Shown here: in pieces, positions 18,605 through 28,735 of the stretch
Layout of the letters: each line of letters opens with the position of its first letter
How positions within the stretch are numbered: the first letter of the stretch is position 1
Assembly: GCA_963842725.1 (NCBI GenBank)
Contig: CAWJHN010000001.1
Span: 84,447-148,446 of the forward strand
Origin: an uncultured Actinomycetes bacterium
GTDB lineage: Bacteria; Actinomycetota; Actinomycetes; S36-B12
Reading direction: 5' to 3'
DNA: 64,000 nt
Notes under the pieces: generated by a model
Databases searched by the model: none
Seen by the model: the letters and a program-made list of their open reading frames with translations, nothing else
What the model was told of the DNA's origin: nothing
Program-made: the position numbers and the translations under genes

Positions 18605-19411
18605 CTATGCGAACGGCCGCGGCTCGACTTGGTTCGGCACTGCACCGCCGTACCTTCGGTCTCGTGATGCGTAGACCTCGCACGCGTGCCAGAGGTGACG
18701 GCGGTCGAAGTCCGGCCAGAGCGTGTCCATGAAGACCATCTCGGCGTAGGCGGACTGCCACAGCAGGAAGTTGCTCGTGCGCTGCTCCCCCGACGACCGC
18801 ACGAACAGATCGACGTCCGGCATGTCCGGCTCGTCGAGGTAGCGATGGAGCATGCGCTCGGTGATCGACTCCGGGTCCAGGCGCCCGGCCCGGGCATCTC
18901 GCGCCATCGCCGCGGCCGCATCGGCGATCTCGGCGCGGCCGCCGTAGTTGACGCACATCGTCAGGGTCAGGGTGCTGTTGCGCGCGGTGAGCCGCTCCGC
19001 CTCCTCCAACTCGTTGATGACGCTGCGCCACAGCTTCGGCCGACGTCCCGCCCAGCGCACCCGAACACCCAGTTCGTTCATCTCGTCGCGGCGCCGGCGG
19101 ATCACGTCGCGGTTGAATCCCATGAGGAATCGGACCTCATCGGGCGACCGCTTCCAATTCTCGGTCGAGAAGGCATACGCGCTGATCCAGCCGATCCCCA
19201 GTTCGATGGCGCCCTCGACGCAGTCGAACAGGCTCGCCTCTCCTGCCTCGTGCCCGGCCGTGCGCGGCAGGCCGCGCTCCTTCGCCCACCGGCCGTTGCC
19301 GTCCATGACGATGGCGACGTGGCGTGGCACCAGCTCACGGGCGATGGCCGGCGGTCGGGCCCCCGACGGGTGTGCGGACGGCTGCCGGACGGGAGCGGTG
19401 CGACGGGCCAT
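18605..19411 (-). CDS. uppS: Isoprenyl transferase (undecaprenyl/decaprenyl diphosphate synthase family)
   Basis: Last 268 codons of ORF 18605..19924, with ATG at 19409-19411. Contains [24 protein letters not shown] and RTSNFLLWQ. Confidence 0.95.
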   Translation of the reverse strand: MARRTAPVRQPSAHPSGARPPAIARELVPRHVAIVMDGNGRWAKERGLPRTAGHEAGEASLFDCVEGAIELGIGWISAYAFSTENWKRSPDEVRFLMGFNRDVIRRRRDEMNELGVRVRWAGRRPKLWRSVINELEEAERLTARNSTLTLTMCVNYGGRAEIADAAAAMARDARAGRLDPESITERMLHRYLDEPDMPDVDLFVRSSGEQRTSNFLLWQSAYAEMVFMDTLWPDFDRRHLWHACEVYASRDRRYGGAVPNQVEPRPFA

Positions 19412-19452
19412 GCGCCCATCCTGACACCTGCCGGCCGGGACGACGCGGCCGA

Positions 19453-20190
19453 TCAGCCGCTGCTGCGGTCCACCAGCGGCAGGGAACGAAGACCGCGCTC
19501 GAGGTGCCAGGCCAGGAAGGCGGCCACGAGGCCGCTCGCCTCCCGGCGCTCCCGTCCGTCGCTGACATCCGCGACGGCCCAGTCTCCGCTGAGCAGGGCG
19601 CCGAGCAGCGCGATCGTCGCCGCGGCCGGCGCGGCCGAGCCGGGTGGCCGGCACTCGGAGCACACAACGCCGCCGGTGGGGATCGAGAAGGCGCGGTGCG
19701 GACCCGGTGCACCGCAGCGCGCGCAGTCCTCGAACGTCGGGGACCAGCCGGCGACGGCCAGCGACCGGAGCAGGTAGGCGTCGAGGATCAGGCCAGGGTC
19801 GTGATCGCCGCCGACCAGGGAGCGAAGTCCGCCCACCAGGAGCGCGTACTGCTGCACCGCCGGCTCCCGCTCCTCCGGGGTGAGGCGCTCGGCCGTCTCG
19901 AGCATGGCGGTCCCCGAGGTCCACTTCGGGTAGTCCGACGCCAGCGACGCGCCGAGCGCTCCGATGGAGTCCACCTGGGTCACCGTGTCCAGGGAGCGGC
20001 CCTCGTACAGCTGGACGTCGACGTGGCTGAACGGCTCGAGGCGGGCGCCGATCCGGCTCGACGTCTTGCGGACACCGCGAGCGACTCCCCGCACCCGGCC
20101 GTGCCCTCGGGTCAGGAGCGTGACGATCCGATCGGCCTCGCCCAGTTTCTGGGTTCGAAGCACGATCGCCTCGTCGCGGTAGAGCGGCAC
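19453..20190 (-). CDS. recO: DNA repair protein RecO
   Basis: GTG at 20188-20190 ([23 protein letters not shown]). C-terminal zinc motif CARCG...CSEC. Confidence 0.9.
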   Translation of the reverse strand: MPLYRDEAIVLRTQKLGEADRIVTLLTRGHGRVRGVARGVRKTSSRIGARLEPFSHVDVQLYEGRSLDTVTQVDSIGALGASLASDYPKWTSGTAMLETAERLTPEEREPAVQQYALLVGGLRSLVGGDHDPGLILDAYLLRSLAVAGWSPTFEDCARCGAPGPHRAFSIPTGGVVCSECRPPGSAAPAAATIALLGALLSGDWAVADVSDGRERREASGLVAAFLAWHLERGLRSLPLVDRSSG

Positions 20191-20270
20191 GCTACATTCT
20201 CTCTGGAGGCGGCGCCGCGGTGTGCATCGGCGCACGGGCAGTCGCCGATCGTTTCGTGAGTGAGGGCCGG

Positions 20271-21473
20271 ATGGACGACGACGAGATGGCCGGCACGCCG
20301 GTCGATCCGGTACGCGTCCAACCGCAGCCGACCGATCCGCCTCCCGTCGCATCCGCCCCTGCCGTCCACGGCCCCGGCGAGCGGGAGCCCGACGAGACGG
20401 GTCCCATGCTGGTCGCATTCGACCCGCGGTGGCTGCGCAAGACCCTGCTGCTGGTGTTCCTGGCGCTCATCGCGTTCCAGGTGGCCATGTGGTCGTGGAG
20501 TCTCCTGGCCGGGTTCGTCTTCAACCTCCTGCTGGCCTGGCTGATCGCCATCTCGTTCGACCCGGTGGTGTCGTGGCTCGCCGATCGCGGCATGCGGCGC
20601 GGCGCCGCCACCGGCATCGTCGCGGTGGCCACGCTCGCGCTGATCGCGGCCTTCATCGCCGTCTTCGGCGGCGTTCTCGCCACCCAGATCACCGAGCTCG
20701 TGCTGGCCCTGCCCACGCTCATCCTCGACATCGTCCGCTGGGTCAACGGCACGTTCAACGCGAACCTGGACCCGAACCAGATCATCAACAACCTCAACCT
20801 GACACCGGACCTCATCGCCGACATCGCGTCGAACCTCGCGGGCGGCATCCTCGGCGTGCTGGCCGGCATCGTCGGGGCCATCTTCGACTTCGTGACCGTG
20901 CTCGTGTTCTCCTTCTACTTCTCGGCGGACTCCCCCCGGATCAAGCGCTTCGTCGCGTCGTGGCTGCCCCCGGCCCAGCAGATCGTCTTCATCCAGGTCT
21001 GGGACATCTCGGTCCAGAAGGCAGGCGGCTTCGTCATCTCCAAGCTCGCCCTCGCCTCGTTGTCGGCGTTCTTCCATGCCGGGTTCTTCTACCTCATCGA
21101 CATCCCGTACTGGCTGCCGATGGGCATCTTCGCGGGCGTCGTCAGCCAGTTCATCCCCACCATCGGCACGTACATCGGCGTCGCGCTGCCCGCCCTCTTC
21201 GCGGCGTTCGAGCAGCCCATCGACGTGCTGTGGATCGTGATCTTCGCGACGGTCTACCAGCAGGTCGAGAACTATGTCTTCACCCCGCGCATCTCGACCA
21301 AGACGATGGACATCAACTCGGGCGTCGCCCTTGCGTCGGTCTTCATCGGCGCAGCACTGTTCGGGCCTATCGGCGCGATCATCGGCATCCCGCTCGCGGC
21401 CATCATCATCGCGATCAGCGAGGCCTACGGTCAGAGGTACGAACTGCATCCGTACGTCAGCCGCAACACCTAG
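20271..21473 (+). CDS. AI-2E family transporter (PerM/YhhT-like permease)
   Basis: ORF 20220..21473, with the likely start at ATG 20271. About 8 TM, with a typical AI-2E C-terminal half ([10 protein letters not shown]...GIPLAA). Confidence 0.8.
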   Translation: MDDDEMAGTPVDPVRVQPQPTDPPPVASAPAVHGPGEREPDETGPMLVAFDPRWLRKTLLLVFLALIAFQVAMWSWSLLAGFVFNLLLAWLIAISFDPVVSWLADRGMRRGAATGIVAVATLALIAAFIAVFGGVLATQITELVLALPTLILDIVRWVNGTFNANLDPNQIINNLNLTPDLIADIASNLAGGILGVLAGIVGAIFDFVTVLVFSFYFSADSPRIKRFVASWLPPAQQIVFIQVWDISVQKAGGFVISKLALASLSAFFHAGFFYLIDIPYWLPMGIFAGVVSQFIPTIGTYIGVALPALFAAFEQPIDVLWIVIFATVYQQVENYVFTPRISTKTMDINSGVALASVFIGAALFGPIGAIIGIPLAAIIIAISEAYGQRYELHPYVSRNT

Positions 21474-21496
21474 CGCTCCGTCGGCGGACCGGCTGC

Positions 21497-22414
21497 TCAG
21501 AACCCGAGTCGCCTCAGCTGCTTGGGGTCCTTCTGCCAGTCCTTGGCCACCTTGACCCGGATATCGAGGTACACCGGCACGCCCAGGAGCGCCTCGATCT
21601 CCTTGCGGGCCCTCGTGCCGACCTGCTTGAGGCGAGACCCCGCCTTGCCGATCACGATCGCCTTCTGGGTGTCGCGCTCGACGAAGAGGGATGCGCGCAC
21701 GTCGGTCAGCGGCCGGTCGACCGGCCGGTCCGTGCGCGCCTCGATCTCGTCCACGACCACGGCGATCGAGTGCGGAAGCTCGTCCTGCACGCCGTCGAGG
21801 GCGGCCTCGCGGATCAGCTCCGCGACCGCGACCTCCAGGGTCTGGCCCTCGTCGTCATCGCCGTCCGGGAAGAGCACCGGACCTTCGGGCATCTGCGCGA
21901 TGAGCTCGTCGACGAGGAGCTGCACCTGGTCGCCCCTGAGCGCCGAGACCGGGATCACCTCGGACCACTCGAAGCCGATGTCCTCGGCCAGTCGGGCCAC
22001 CTCGAGGAGCCGCTCGGCGAGGACCTTGCGCGAGACGGCGTCCGTCTTGGTCACGATGGCGACCAGCGGCTTGCGCCGCAGGAAGGACAGCTCGGTCGCG
22101 ATGTAGCGGTCGCCCGGGCCGACGGCCTGGTCGGCCGGGATGCACAGCCCGACGACGTCGACGCTCGACCAGGTCTCGCGCACCTGGTCGTTGAGGCGTT
22201 CGCCGAGCAGGGTCCGGGGTCGGTGCAGGCCCGGGGTGTCGACCATGATCAGCTGCCCCTCGGGGCGGTTGACGATGCCGCGGAGCACCCGGCGGGTCGT
22301 CTGGGGGCGGTCAGAGGTGATCGCCACCTTGCGGCCGACCATGGCGTTGGTCAGCGTCGACTTCCCCGCGTTCGGACGACCGACCAGGCAGGCGAAGCCA
22401 CTGCGGAACGTCAC
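21497..22414 (-). CDS. era: GTPase Era
   Basis: GTG at 22412-22414 overlaps the EamA stop (GTGA). G1 GRPNAGKST, G3 DTPG, G4 TKTD, and a KH domain at the C-terminus. Confidence 0.95.
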   Translation of the reverse strand: MTFRSGFACLVGRPNAGKSTLTNAMVGRKVAITSDRPQTTRRVLRGIVNRPEGQLIMVDTPGLHRPRTLLGERLNDQVRETWSSVDVVGLCIPADQAVGPGDRYIATELSFLRRKPLVAIVTKTDAVSRKVLAERLLEVARLAEDIGFEWSEVIPVSALRGDQVQLLVDELIAQMPEGPVLFPDGDDDEGQTLEVAVAELIREAALDGVQDELPHSIAVVVDEIEARTDRPVDRPLTDVRASLFVERDTQKAIVIGKAGSRLKQVGTRARKEIEALLGVPVYLDIRVKVAKDWQKDPKQLRRLGF

Positions 22415-23331
22415 GTCACTGCTCCCGTTGCTGAGGTGCTGCTCCCGCGGGACGGCGCCCCGCGATCGCGCCGGTTCTCGGCCGCTCCCAGCAACGCTAG
22501 GGCACCGATGACCAGAAGGCACCCCAGCCATCCGATGGCGCTGACCGGCTCGCCCAGCACGACGACGCCGAGCAGCGTCGCCACCGCCGGCTCCAGGAGC
22601 GTCAACGTGGCGATGTGACCGGGCTGCAGCTCGCGCAGCCCGATCCCGAACAGCAGGTAGGCGACCGTGGTCGTGCCCAGTCCCAGCCACAGCACCTCGA
22701 CGACGCCGGAAGGCGTGGCCCACCACGTCGACATGAACACGGCCGGCAGCAGCACGACCGCCCCGATCGAGAATGACGACGCGAGGACCGAGCTGCCGGT
22801 GAAGCCCTCGCGAGCCAGGCCGACGCCGACCACGGTGAAGACGGCGTAGCAGCCACCCGCGCCGAGGGCCCACAGCATGCCGATCGGCTCCCCCGTCGAG
22901 AGGTTGCCGGCCATCAGCAGGCCCAGGCCGATGACCGCCAGGGTCGTCGAGACCGCCCACGTCCAGCCCGGCGCGCCCTCGTGCAGCGCCCACCCGAGCA
23001 GTCCGGACAGGAAGGGGGCGCTGCCGAGCGCGATGAGCGCGGCGACGGCCACGCCGGACTTGGCGGTGCCGATGAAGAAGAACGCCTGGTACCCGGCGAC
23101 GGCCACGCCCATCAGCCAGACCGCCGGGCGCCGCCACAGCCGACGCAGCTGGTCGCCCTGCCGGCGCCAGACAACGAAGGCGACGAGCCCGATCGAGCCG
23201 ACGAGCAGGCGCATGGCCGCGACGCCGGCACCGGGAGCGTCGGGTGCGAGGAGCTCGCGCGACGTGCCGGTCGTGCCGAAGAGCACCGCGGCCCCCAGCA
23301 CCGCGAGAGCGGCCCGCGCCTTCGGGGTCAC
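22411..23331 (-). CDS. EamA/DMT-family transporter
   Basis: 306-aa ORF with 10 predicted TM and two EamA halves. The start overlaps the upstream gene's stop. Confidence 0.8.
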   Translation of the reverse strand: MTPKARAALAVLGAAVLFGTTGTSRELLAPDAPGAGVAAMRLLVGSIGLVAFVVWRRQGDQLRRLWRRPAVWLMGVAVAGYQAFFFIGTAKSGVAVAALIALGSAPFLSGLLGWALHEGAPGWTWAVSTTLAVIGLGLLMAGNLSTGEPIGMLWALGAGGCYAVFTVVGVGLAREGFTGSSVLASSFSIGAVVLLPAVFMSTWWATPSGVVEVLWLGLGTTTVAYLLFGIGLRELQPGHIATLTLLEPAVATLLGVVVLGEPVSAIGWLGCLLVIGALALLGAAENRRDRGAPSRGSSTSATGAVT

Positions 23332-23675
23332 GACGACAGCGTCGAGCGGACGGTGCCGTCCGCATCGCAGACGAGCACGGGCACGCCCGGGCCGGCCAGG
23401 TCGCGCAGTGCCGTCAGGCCCGCACCGTCGGGATCGGCGCCGACGACTGCCGCCGCCTCCGCGCCGCGGGCGCCCGACGAGGCCGCCTGCGCGACGGCCA
23501 GGACGAGTGCGGACAGCGCGATGGACGGGAGTGCCACGTCGGCCGACGCGTAGGTGCGGCCCGTCTCGTCGCGCACCGCTGCGCCGGACGGCGCGCTGAT
23601 CCGGGCACGGGCGCCGCGGGCGAGGACCACGAGCTTGGCGTCGTCGCTGCCCAGGGGATCACTCATCGTCGACAT
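23328..23675 (-). CDS. Small cytidine-deaminase-fold-like protein lacking the zinc/catalytic motifs
   Basis: 115-aa ORF in the position of the small conserved gene between corC-like and era in actinobacterial operons. No H/CAE...PCxxC motif is visible. Confidence 0.45.
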   Translation of the reverse strand: MSTMSDPLGSDDAKLVVLARGARARISAPSGAAVRDETGRTYASADVALPSIALSALVLAVAQAASSGARGAEAAAVVGADPDGAGLTALRDLAGPGVPVLVCDADGTVRSTLSS

Positions 23676-24981
23676 CGACCTCGTGGTCAGCGTCCGGGGC
23701 CGGGATCCGCTGCGCGAGCACCGTGCCGATGCGGTTCCGCCGGCCCTCGCCCTGCTCGGCCGTGAGCGTCCAGCCGTCGATCTCGGTCGACGCGCCGGGG
23801 ATCGGAACGCGGCCCATCCGCTTGGCGACGAGGCCCAGGACGGTGTCGATGCCCTCCTCCTCGGAGTCGATCTCGACGCCGATGAGGTCGCCGAAGTCGT
23901 CGACGTGCATGCGGGCGAGCACGCGGAAGGCGCCTCCCGGCAGCTCGGCCACCTCGGGTGCCGCAGTGTCGTACTCGTCGGCGATCTCGCCGACGATCTC
24001 CTCGAGGATGTCCTCGATGGTCACCAGACCGGCCGTGCCGCCGTACTCGTCCACGACGATGGCCAGGTGGACACGGGCCGACTGCATGTCGCGCAGCAGT
24101 GCGTCGACCGGCTTGCTGTCCGGGACGAAGTACGGCTCGCGCATCAGCGACTCGACCCGCTCCTCCTGCTCGGCCTCGCGATGCTCGAACGTGCGGCGGG
24201 TGACGTCCTTCAGGTACACGATGCCGACGATGTCGTCGGCGTTGTCGCCGATGGCCGGGATACGGGAGAAGCCCGAGCGCAGGCCGAGGGACATGGCCTG
24301 GCGCAGAGTCTTGGTCCGCTCGATCACGACCATCTCGGTGCGCGGGACCATCACCTCCTTGGCGAAGGTGTCGCCCAGCTCGAAGACCGAGTGGATCATC
24401 TGCCTCTCGTCGTCCTCGATGAGGCTGTCGGCCTCGGCCCGGTCGACCATCTCGCGCAGCTCCGCCTGGCTGGCGAACGGGCCCTCGCGGTAGCCCTTGC
24501 CGGGGGTGACCGCATTGCCGATCAGGATGAGCAGGCTGGTCAGCGGCCCGAGTACCGTCGCGACGAACCGGGTGGGACCCGCTGCCGCGAACGCGATGCG
24601 ATCGGCGTGCTGGCGGCCGAGGGTGCGGGCGGCCACGCCGAGCACCACGTAGGACACCGTGACCATCACGCCGACCGCGAGGAGCAGGGCCAGCGCGGGC
24701 GAGCCGCCGCCGACGACGACCAGCGCGTCGACGCAGACGTAGCCCACCAGCAGCGTGGCGGTGACGGTCGCGACCGTCGACAGGAAGAGCAGGACGTTGA
24801 TGAAGCGCGGACGGTCCGCCATGACCTCGAGGAGGCGGAGGGCACGTCGCTCGTCCTCGCGGCGAGCGTCGTCCACCTGACTGCGCGACACGCGGCCGAT
24901 CGCCGTCTCGGCGCTGATGAGCGCGCCCGCGACCAGCACGAGCACGGCCGACAGGACGATCAGCCAGGCGTCGGCGTTCAC
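23659..24981 (-). CDS. CNNM(DUF21)-CBS-CorC_HlyC hemolysin-family membrane protein
   Basis: GTG at 24979-24981 overlaps the ybeY stop (GTGA). There is an N-terminal 4-TM DUF21, a CBS pair (FSRIPA..., VHLAIVVDEYGGTAGLVTIEDILEEIVGEI) and a CorC C-terminal domain. Confidence 0.85.
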   Translation of the reverse strand: MNADAWLIVLSAVLVLVAGALISAETAIGRVSRSQVDDARREDERRALRLLEVMADRPRFINVLLFLSTVATVTATLLVGYVCVDALVVVGGGSPALALLLAVGVMVTVSYVVLGVAARTLGRQHADRIAFAAAGPTRFVATVLGPLTSLLILIGNAVTPGKGYREGPFASQAELREMVDRAEADSLIEDDERQMIHSVFELGDTFAKEVMVPRTEMVVIERTKTLRQAMSLGLRSGFSRIPAIGDNADDIVGIVYLKDVTRRTFEHREAEQEERVESLMREPYFVPDSKPVDALLRDMQSARVHLAIVVDEYGGTAGLVTIEDILEEIVGEIADEYDTAAPEVAELPGGAFRVLARMHVDDFGDLIGVEIDSEEEGIDTVLGLVAKRMGRVPIPGASTEIDGWTLTAEQGEGRRNRIGTVLAQRIPAPDADHEVDVDDE

Positions 24982-25451
24982 GAGGCCCGCCAGCCGCTCA
25001 GGAGCTCGTCCTGCAGCGCGAACATCGCGTCGTAGTCCGCCGGACTCGAGTGGTCGTAGCCGATCAGGTGGAGGGTGCCGTGCGTGGTGAGGAACGCCAG
25101 CTCCTCGTCGAGCGTGCGACCAGCGGCCAGGGACTGCGGCCCCAGGTAGCCGGGGCAGATGACGATGTCGCCCAGGACGCCGGGGACCGGCTCGGTACCA
25201 GGCGCGGCGCTGCGCAGTTCGTCCATCGGAAAGGACAGGACGTCGGTGGGCCCGGGCTCGTGCATCCAGTCGACGTGCAGCTCGGTCATGCGCTCCGGGG
25301 TCACCAGGGTGATCGCCAGCTCGCAGTCCGGATGCAGGCCCAATGCCCCGAACAGGTATCCCGCCAGCCGGCGAAGGGCCTCGAGGTCGCACGCCGCGCC
25401 GGACTCGTTCGCCACCGACACCGCGATGGGGAGCGGCTGGTGATCGGTCAC
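24978..25451 (-). CDS. ybeY: rRNA maturation endoribonuclease YbeY
   Basis: 157-aa ORF with the zinc motif HGTLHLIGYDH. Confidence 0.95.
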   Translation of the reverse strand: MTDHQPLPIAVSVANESGAACDLEALRRLAGYLFGALGLHPDCELAITLVTPERMTELHVDWMHEPGPTDVLSFPMDELRSAAPGTEPVPGVLGDIVICPGYLGPQSLAAGRTLDEELAFLTTHGTLHLIGYDHSSPADYDAMFALQDELLSGWRAS

Positions 25452-26449
25452 GCGTTCTTCTTCGCGTCGTACCGCTCGTAGGCGTCGACGATGCGCCCGA
25501 CCAGCTTGTGGCGCACGACGTCGTGCGACGTGAGTCGGCAGAAGGAGACGTCGTCGATGCCCTCGAGGATCTCCGAGACCACGCGCAGTCCGCTCGTGAT
25601 GCCGCCGGGCAGGTCGACCTGGGTGACGTCACCGGTGACGACCATCGTCGACCCGAACCCGAGCCGGGTGAGGAACATCTTCATCTGCTCGGCCGACGTG
25701 TTCTGCGCCTCGTCGAGGATGATGAAGGAGTCGTTGAGGGTGCGCCCGCGCATGTAGGCCAGGGGTGCGATCTCGATGGTGCCGCTGGTGATCAGCCGCG
25801 GGATCGAGTCCGGGTCGATCATGTCGTGCAGGGCGTCGTAGAGCGGACGCAGGTAGGGGTCGATCTTCTCCGACAGGGTCCCCGGCAGGAAGCCGAGCCG
25901 CTCCCCCGCCTCCACGGCGGGCCGGGTCAGCACGATCCGGTTGACGCGCTTGGCCTGCAGGGCCTGCACGGCCTTCGCCACGGCCAGGTACGTCTTGCCC
26001 GTGCCGGCCGGACCGATGCCGAAGACCACGGTGTTGTTGTCGATCGCGTCGACGTAGCGCTTCTGGTTGAGGGTCTTGGCGCGGATGGTCCGGCCGCGGT
26101 TGCTGAGGATGTTGGCCGTCAGCACCTCGCTGGGCCGGTTGCCCGATCGCATCAGCGAGATGCTGCGCTCGACCGACTCGGGGGTGAGGGCCTGGCCGGT
26201 CCGCAGCACGGTGAGCATCTCGCCGATGAGCGTGTCGATGATCCCGACGTCCTCCGGGCTTCCGGACACCGTGATCTCGTTGCCGCGCGCCATGATGTCG
26301 GTGGCCGGGAACGCACGCTCCACGAGGCGCAGGTACGCGTCGTTGGTTCCGAGCAGGGCGACCATCGGCTGGGAGTGCGGCACGATGATCGTGGTCTGCG
26401 CCCGAGGGCTCTCTGGTGCTTCTGCCGTCATGCGCTCCTCGTCATTCAT
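25448..26449 (-). CDS. phoH: PhoH-like ATPase
   Basis: 333-aa ORF. Walker A GPAGTGKTYLAVA, and ILDEAQN. Confidence 0.9.
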   Translation of the reverse strand: MNDEERMTAEAPESPRAQTTIIVPHSQPMVALLGTNDAYLRLVERAFPATDIMARGNEITVSGSPEDVGIIDTLIGEMLTVLRTGQALTPESVERSISLMRSGNRPSEVLTANILSNRGRTIRAKTLNQKRYVDAIDNNTVVFGIGPAGTGKTYLAVAKAVQALQAKRVNRIVLTRPAVEAGERLGFLPGTLSEKIDPYLRPLYDALHDMIDPDSIPRLITSGTIEIAPLAYMRGRTLNDSFIILDEAQNTSAEQMKMFLTRLGFGSTMVVTGDVTQVDLPGGITSGLRVVSEILEGIDDVSFCRLTSHDVVRHKLVGRIVDAYERYDAKKNA

Positions 26450-26479
26450 GGTGATCGTCGACCGTCGGTGGGATGCGGA

Positions 26480-26824
26480 CTAGCCGGGTGGCCAGGCGAG
26501 CGGGCGGCCGCCCAGAACGTGCAGGTGGACGTGCGCGACGGACTGGCCCGCCTGCGCCCCGGTGTTGCTGACGATGCGGTAGCCGGCTGTCGACACGCCC
26601 TCCAGGTCAGCGATCAGGCCGGCCACCCGGAGCATGGCACCGGCGAGGTCCGGGTCGGCCGCCGCCAGCTCCGCCGCGTTGGCGTGATGGGCACGCGGTA
26701 TCACGAGCACGTGGACCGGCGCCTGCGGCGTGATGTCTCGGAAGGCGATCACCTCGTCATCGCTGAAGACGATGTCGGCCGGGATGTCGCCGGCGGCGAT
26801 CGCGCAGAAGAGGCACTCGCTCAT
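26480..26824 (-). CDS. HIT-family (histidine triad) nucleotide hydrolase
   Basis: ATG at 26822-26824 (MSECLFCAIAAGDIPA). Triad HVHLHVLGG. Confidence 0.9.
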   Translation of the reverse strand: MSECLFCAIAAGDIPADIVFSDDEVIAFRDITPQAPVHVLVIPRAHHANAAELAAADPDLAGAMLRVAGLIADLEGVSTAGYRIVSNTGAQAGQSVAHVHLHVLGGRPLAWPPG

Positions 26825-26828
26825 GGCC

Positions 26829-27596
26829 TCATCCTTCCACGTCGGTCTGGTTCCACCGCGCCGACGACGACAGTAGCGCCGACACCGCGGCCACCCCCGC
26901 CGTCGACGTCCGCAGCACGGTCGGTCCCATCCGCATCGCCGTGGCCCCGGCCTCGGCGAACTGCCGCAGCTCGTCCGGGGCCAGCCCGCCCTCTGGACCC
27001 ACCACCAGCACCACCTCACCGTGCTCGGGCAGCACCGCACGACCGATCGGGACGGCCGCCGACTCGTGCAGGACGATGGCAGCGGCGGCTGAGGTGATTC
27101 GGGCGACGACGTCGACCGTGCTCGCCAGGGGCGCGATCAGCGGGAACCACGATCGACGGGACTGCTTGGCGGCCGCGCGTGCGGCGTCCGACCACCGCTG
27201 CCACGACTTCTCGGCGCGGTCCGCGCGCCACCGGGTGACGCAGTTCGCCGCCGACCACGGCACGATGACGTCGACCCCGATCTCGGTGAGCAGCTCCACG
27301 GCCAGCTCGCCGCGGTCCCCCTTGGGCAGCGCCTGCACGACGGTCAGCGTCGGCTCGGGCGCGCCCACGAGCCGGGCACCGATCACCTCGACCTCGAACG
27401 CGTCCTTGCCCGTCACCGTGCGAACCCGGCCGTCGATCCGGCGGCCGCGACCGTCGACGAGGACGACGACCTCGCCCGGCACGATCCGTCGCACCGTCAC
27501 GGCATGCCGTCCCTCGGGGCCGCTGACCAGCAACAGCGAACCTGCGGCAGCCGCGGCAGCCGCGTCGGGATCGATGACGAAGACCGGGGGTGTCAC
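26829..27596 (-). CDS. rsmE: 16S rRNA (uracil1498-N3)-methyltransferase
   Basis: 255-aa ORF with a PUA-like N-terminus and a SPOUT C-terminus (VLVVGPEGGLAPDE...LRTSTA). Confidence 0.85.
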   Translation of the reverse strand: MTPPVFVIDPDAAAAAAAGSLLLVSGPEGRHAVTVRRIVPGEVVVLVDGRGRRIDGRVRTVTGKDAFEVEVIGARLVGAPEPTLTVVQALPKGDRGELAVELLTEIGVDVIVPWSAANCVTRWRADRAEKSWQRWSDAARAAAKQSRRSWFPLIAPLASTVDVVARITSAAAAIVLHESAAVPIGRAVLPEHGEVVLVVGPEGGLAPDELRQFAEAGATAMRMGPTVLRTSTAGVAAVSALLSSSARWNQTDVEG

Positions 27597-28729
27597 TTCG
27601 CGGTGAACGCGTCCTTGAGCCGCGAGAACAGGCCCGCGTGGGTCTCGCCATGGGCGCCCACCTGTGCCGTCGCCTCCTCGCGCAGGGCGGCCAGCTGGCG
27701 AAGGAGCTCCTCCTGCTGGGGATCCAGTCGCGTCGGCGTCTGGACGGTCAGGTGCACGTGCAGGTCACCGCGGCCCCCCGAGCGCAGTCGCGCCGCTCCG
27801 CGTCCCCGGATCGTGATCACCTCGCCGGACTGCGTGCCCGCCTTGATGTCGACGCTCGTCGGGCCGTCGAGGGTCTCGAGCTCGAGACTGGTCCCGAGGG
27901 CAGCCGCCGTCATCGGCACCGTGACCATGCAGTGCAGTTCCTCGCCGTGCCGCTCGAACATGGGGTGCGGCGACACCACGATCTCGATGAACAGGTCGCC
28001 TGCCGGACCGCCGTTGGGCCCGACCTCGCCCTCGCCGGTCAGCTGGATGCGGGTCCCCGTGTCGACGCCGGGCGGGATCTGCACGGTGAGCGTGCGCCGC
28101 GTTCGGACGCGTCCGTCCGTCGAGCACTCCGGGCACGGGTGCGGGATCGTGGTGCCGAAGCCCTGGCACGTGGGACACGGGCGCGAGGTCATGACCTGGC
28201 CCAGGAACGAGCGCTGCACCTGCTGCACCTCGCCACGGCCCTTGCACATGACGCACGTGACGGGATCGCTGCCGGGCGCCGTGCCGGCGCCCTCGCAGGC
28301 GTGGCACAGGACGGCCGTGTCGACGGTCAGGTCGCGGGTGCCGCCGAACACCGCGTCGGCGAGGTCGATCTGGACCCTGATGAGCGCGTCCTGGCCGCGG
28401 CGGGCACGCGGACGCGGACCGCGGTGGCCGCCGCCGCCGCCGAAGAAGGCGTCCATGATGTCGCCGAAGTCGAACGTCGCACCGCCGTACCCGCCGCCTC
28501 CGCCGCGATTGGCGCTTAGGGGGTCTCCGCCGAGGTCGTACATCTGGCGCTTCTCGGGATCGCTGAGCACCTCGTACGCGGCCGTGACGAGCTTGAACTT
28601 CTCCTGGTGCTCCGGGTCCGGATTGACGTCGGGGTGAAGCTCGCGAGCGAGTCGGCGGTACGCCTTCTTTATCTCGTCGGGCGTGGAGTCGCGAGAGACG
28701 CCGAGCAGCGCGTAGTAGTCAGTTGCCAC
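27593..28729 (-). CDS. dnaJ: Molecular chaperone DnaJ
   Basis: 378-aa ORF. J-domain DYYALLGV...HPD, a Gly-rich linker, and four CxxCxGxG zinc-finger repeats. Confidence 0.95.
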   Translation of the reverse strand: MATDYYALLGVSRDSTPDEIKKAYRRLARELHPDVNPDPEHQEKFKLVTAAYEVLSDPEKRQMYDLGGDPLSANRGGGGGYGGATFDFGDIMDAFFGGGGGHRGPRPRARRGQDALIRVQIDLADAVFGGTRDLTVDTAVLCHACEGAGTAPGSDPVTCVMCKGRGEVQQVQRSFLGQVMTSRPCPTCQGFGTTIPHPCPECSTDGRVRTRRTLTVQIPPGVDTGTRIQLTGEGEVGPNGGPAGDLFIEIVVSPHPMFERHGEELHCMVTVPMTAAALGTSLELETLDGPTSVDIKAGTQSGEVITIRGRGAARLRSGGRGDLHVHLTVQTPTRLDPQQEELLRQLAALREEATAQVGAHGETHAGLFSRLKDAFTAK

Positions 28730-28735
28730 GGATAC

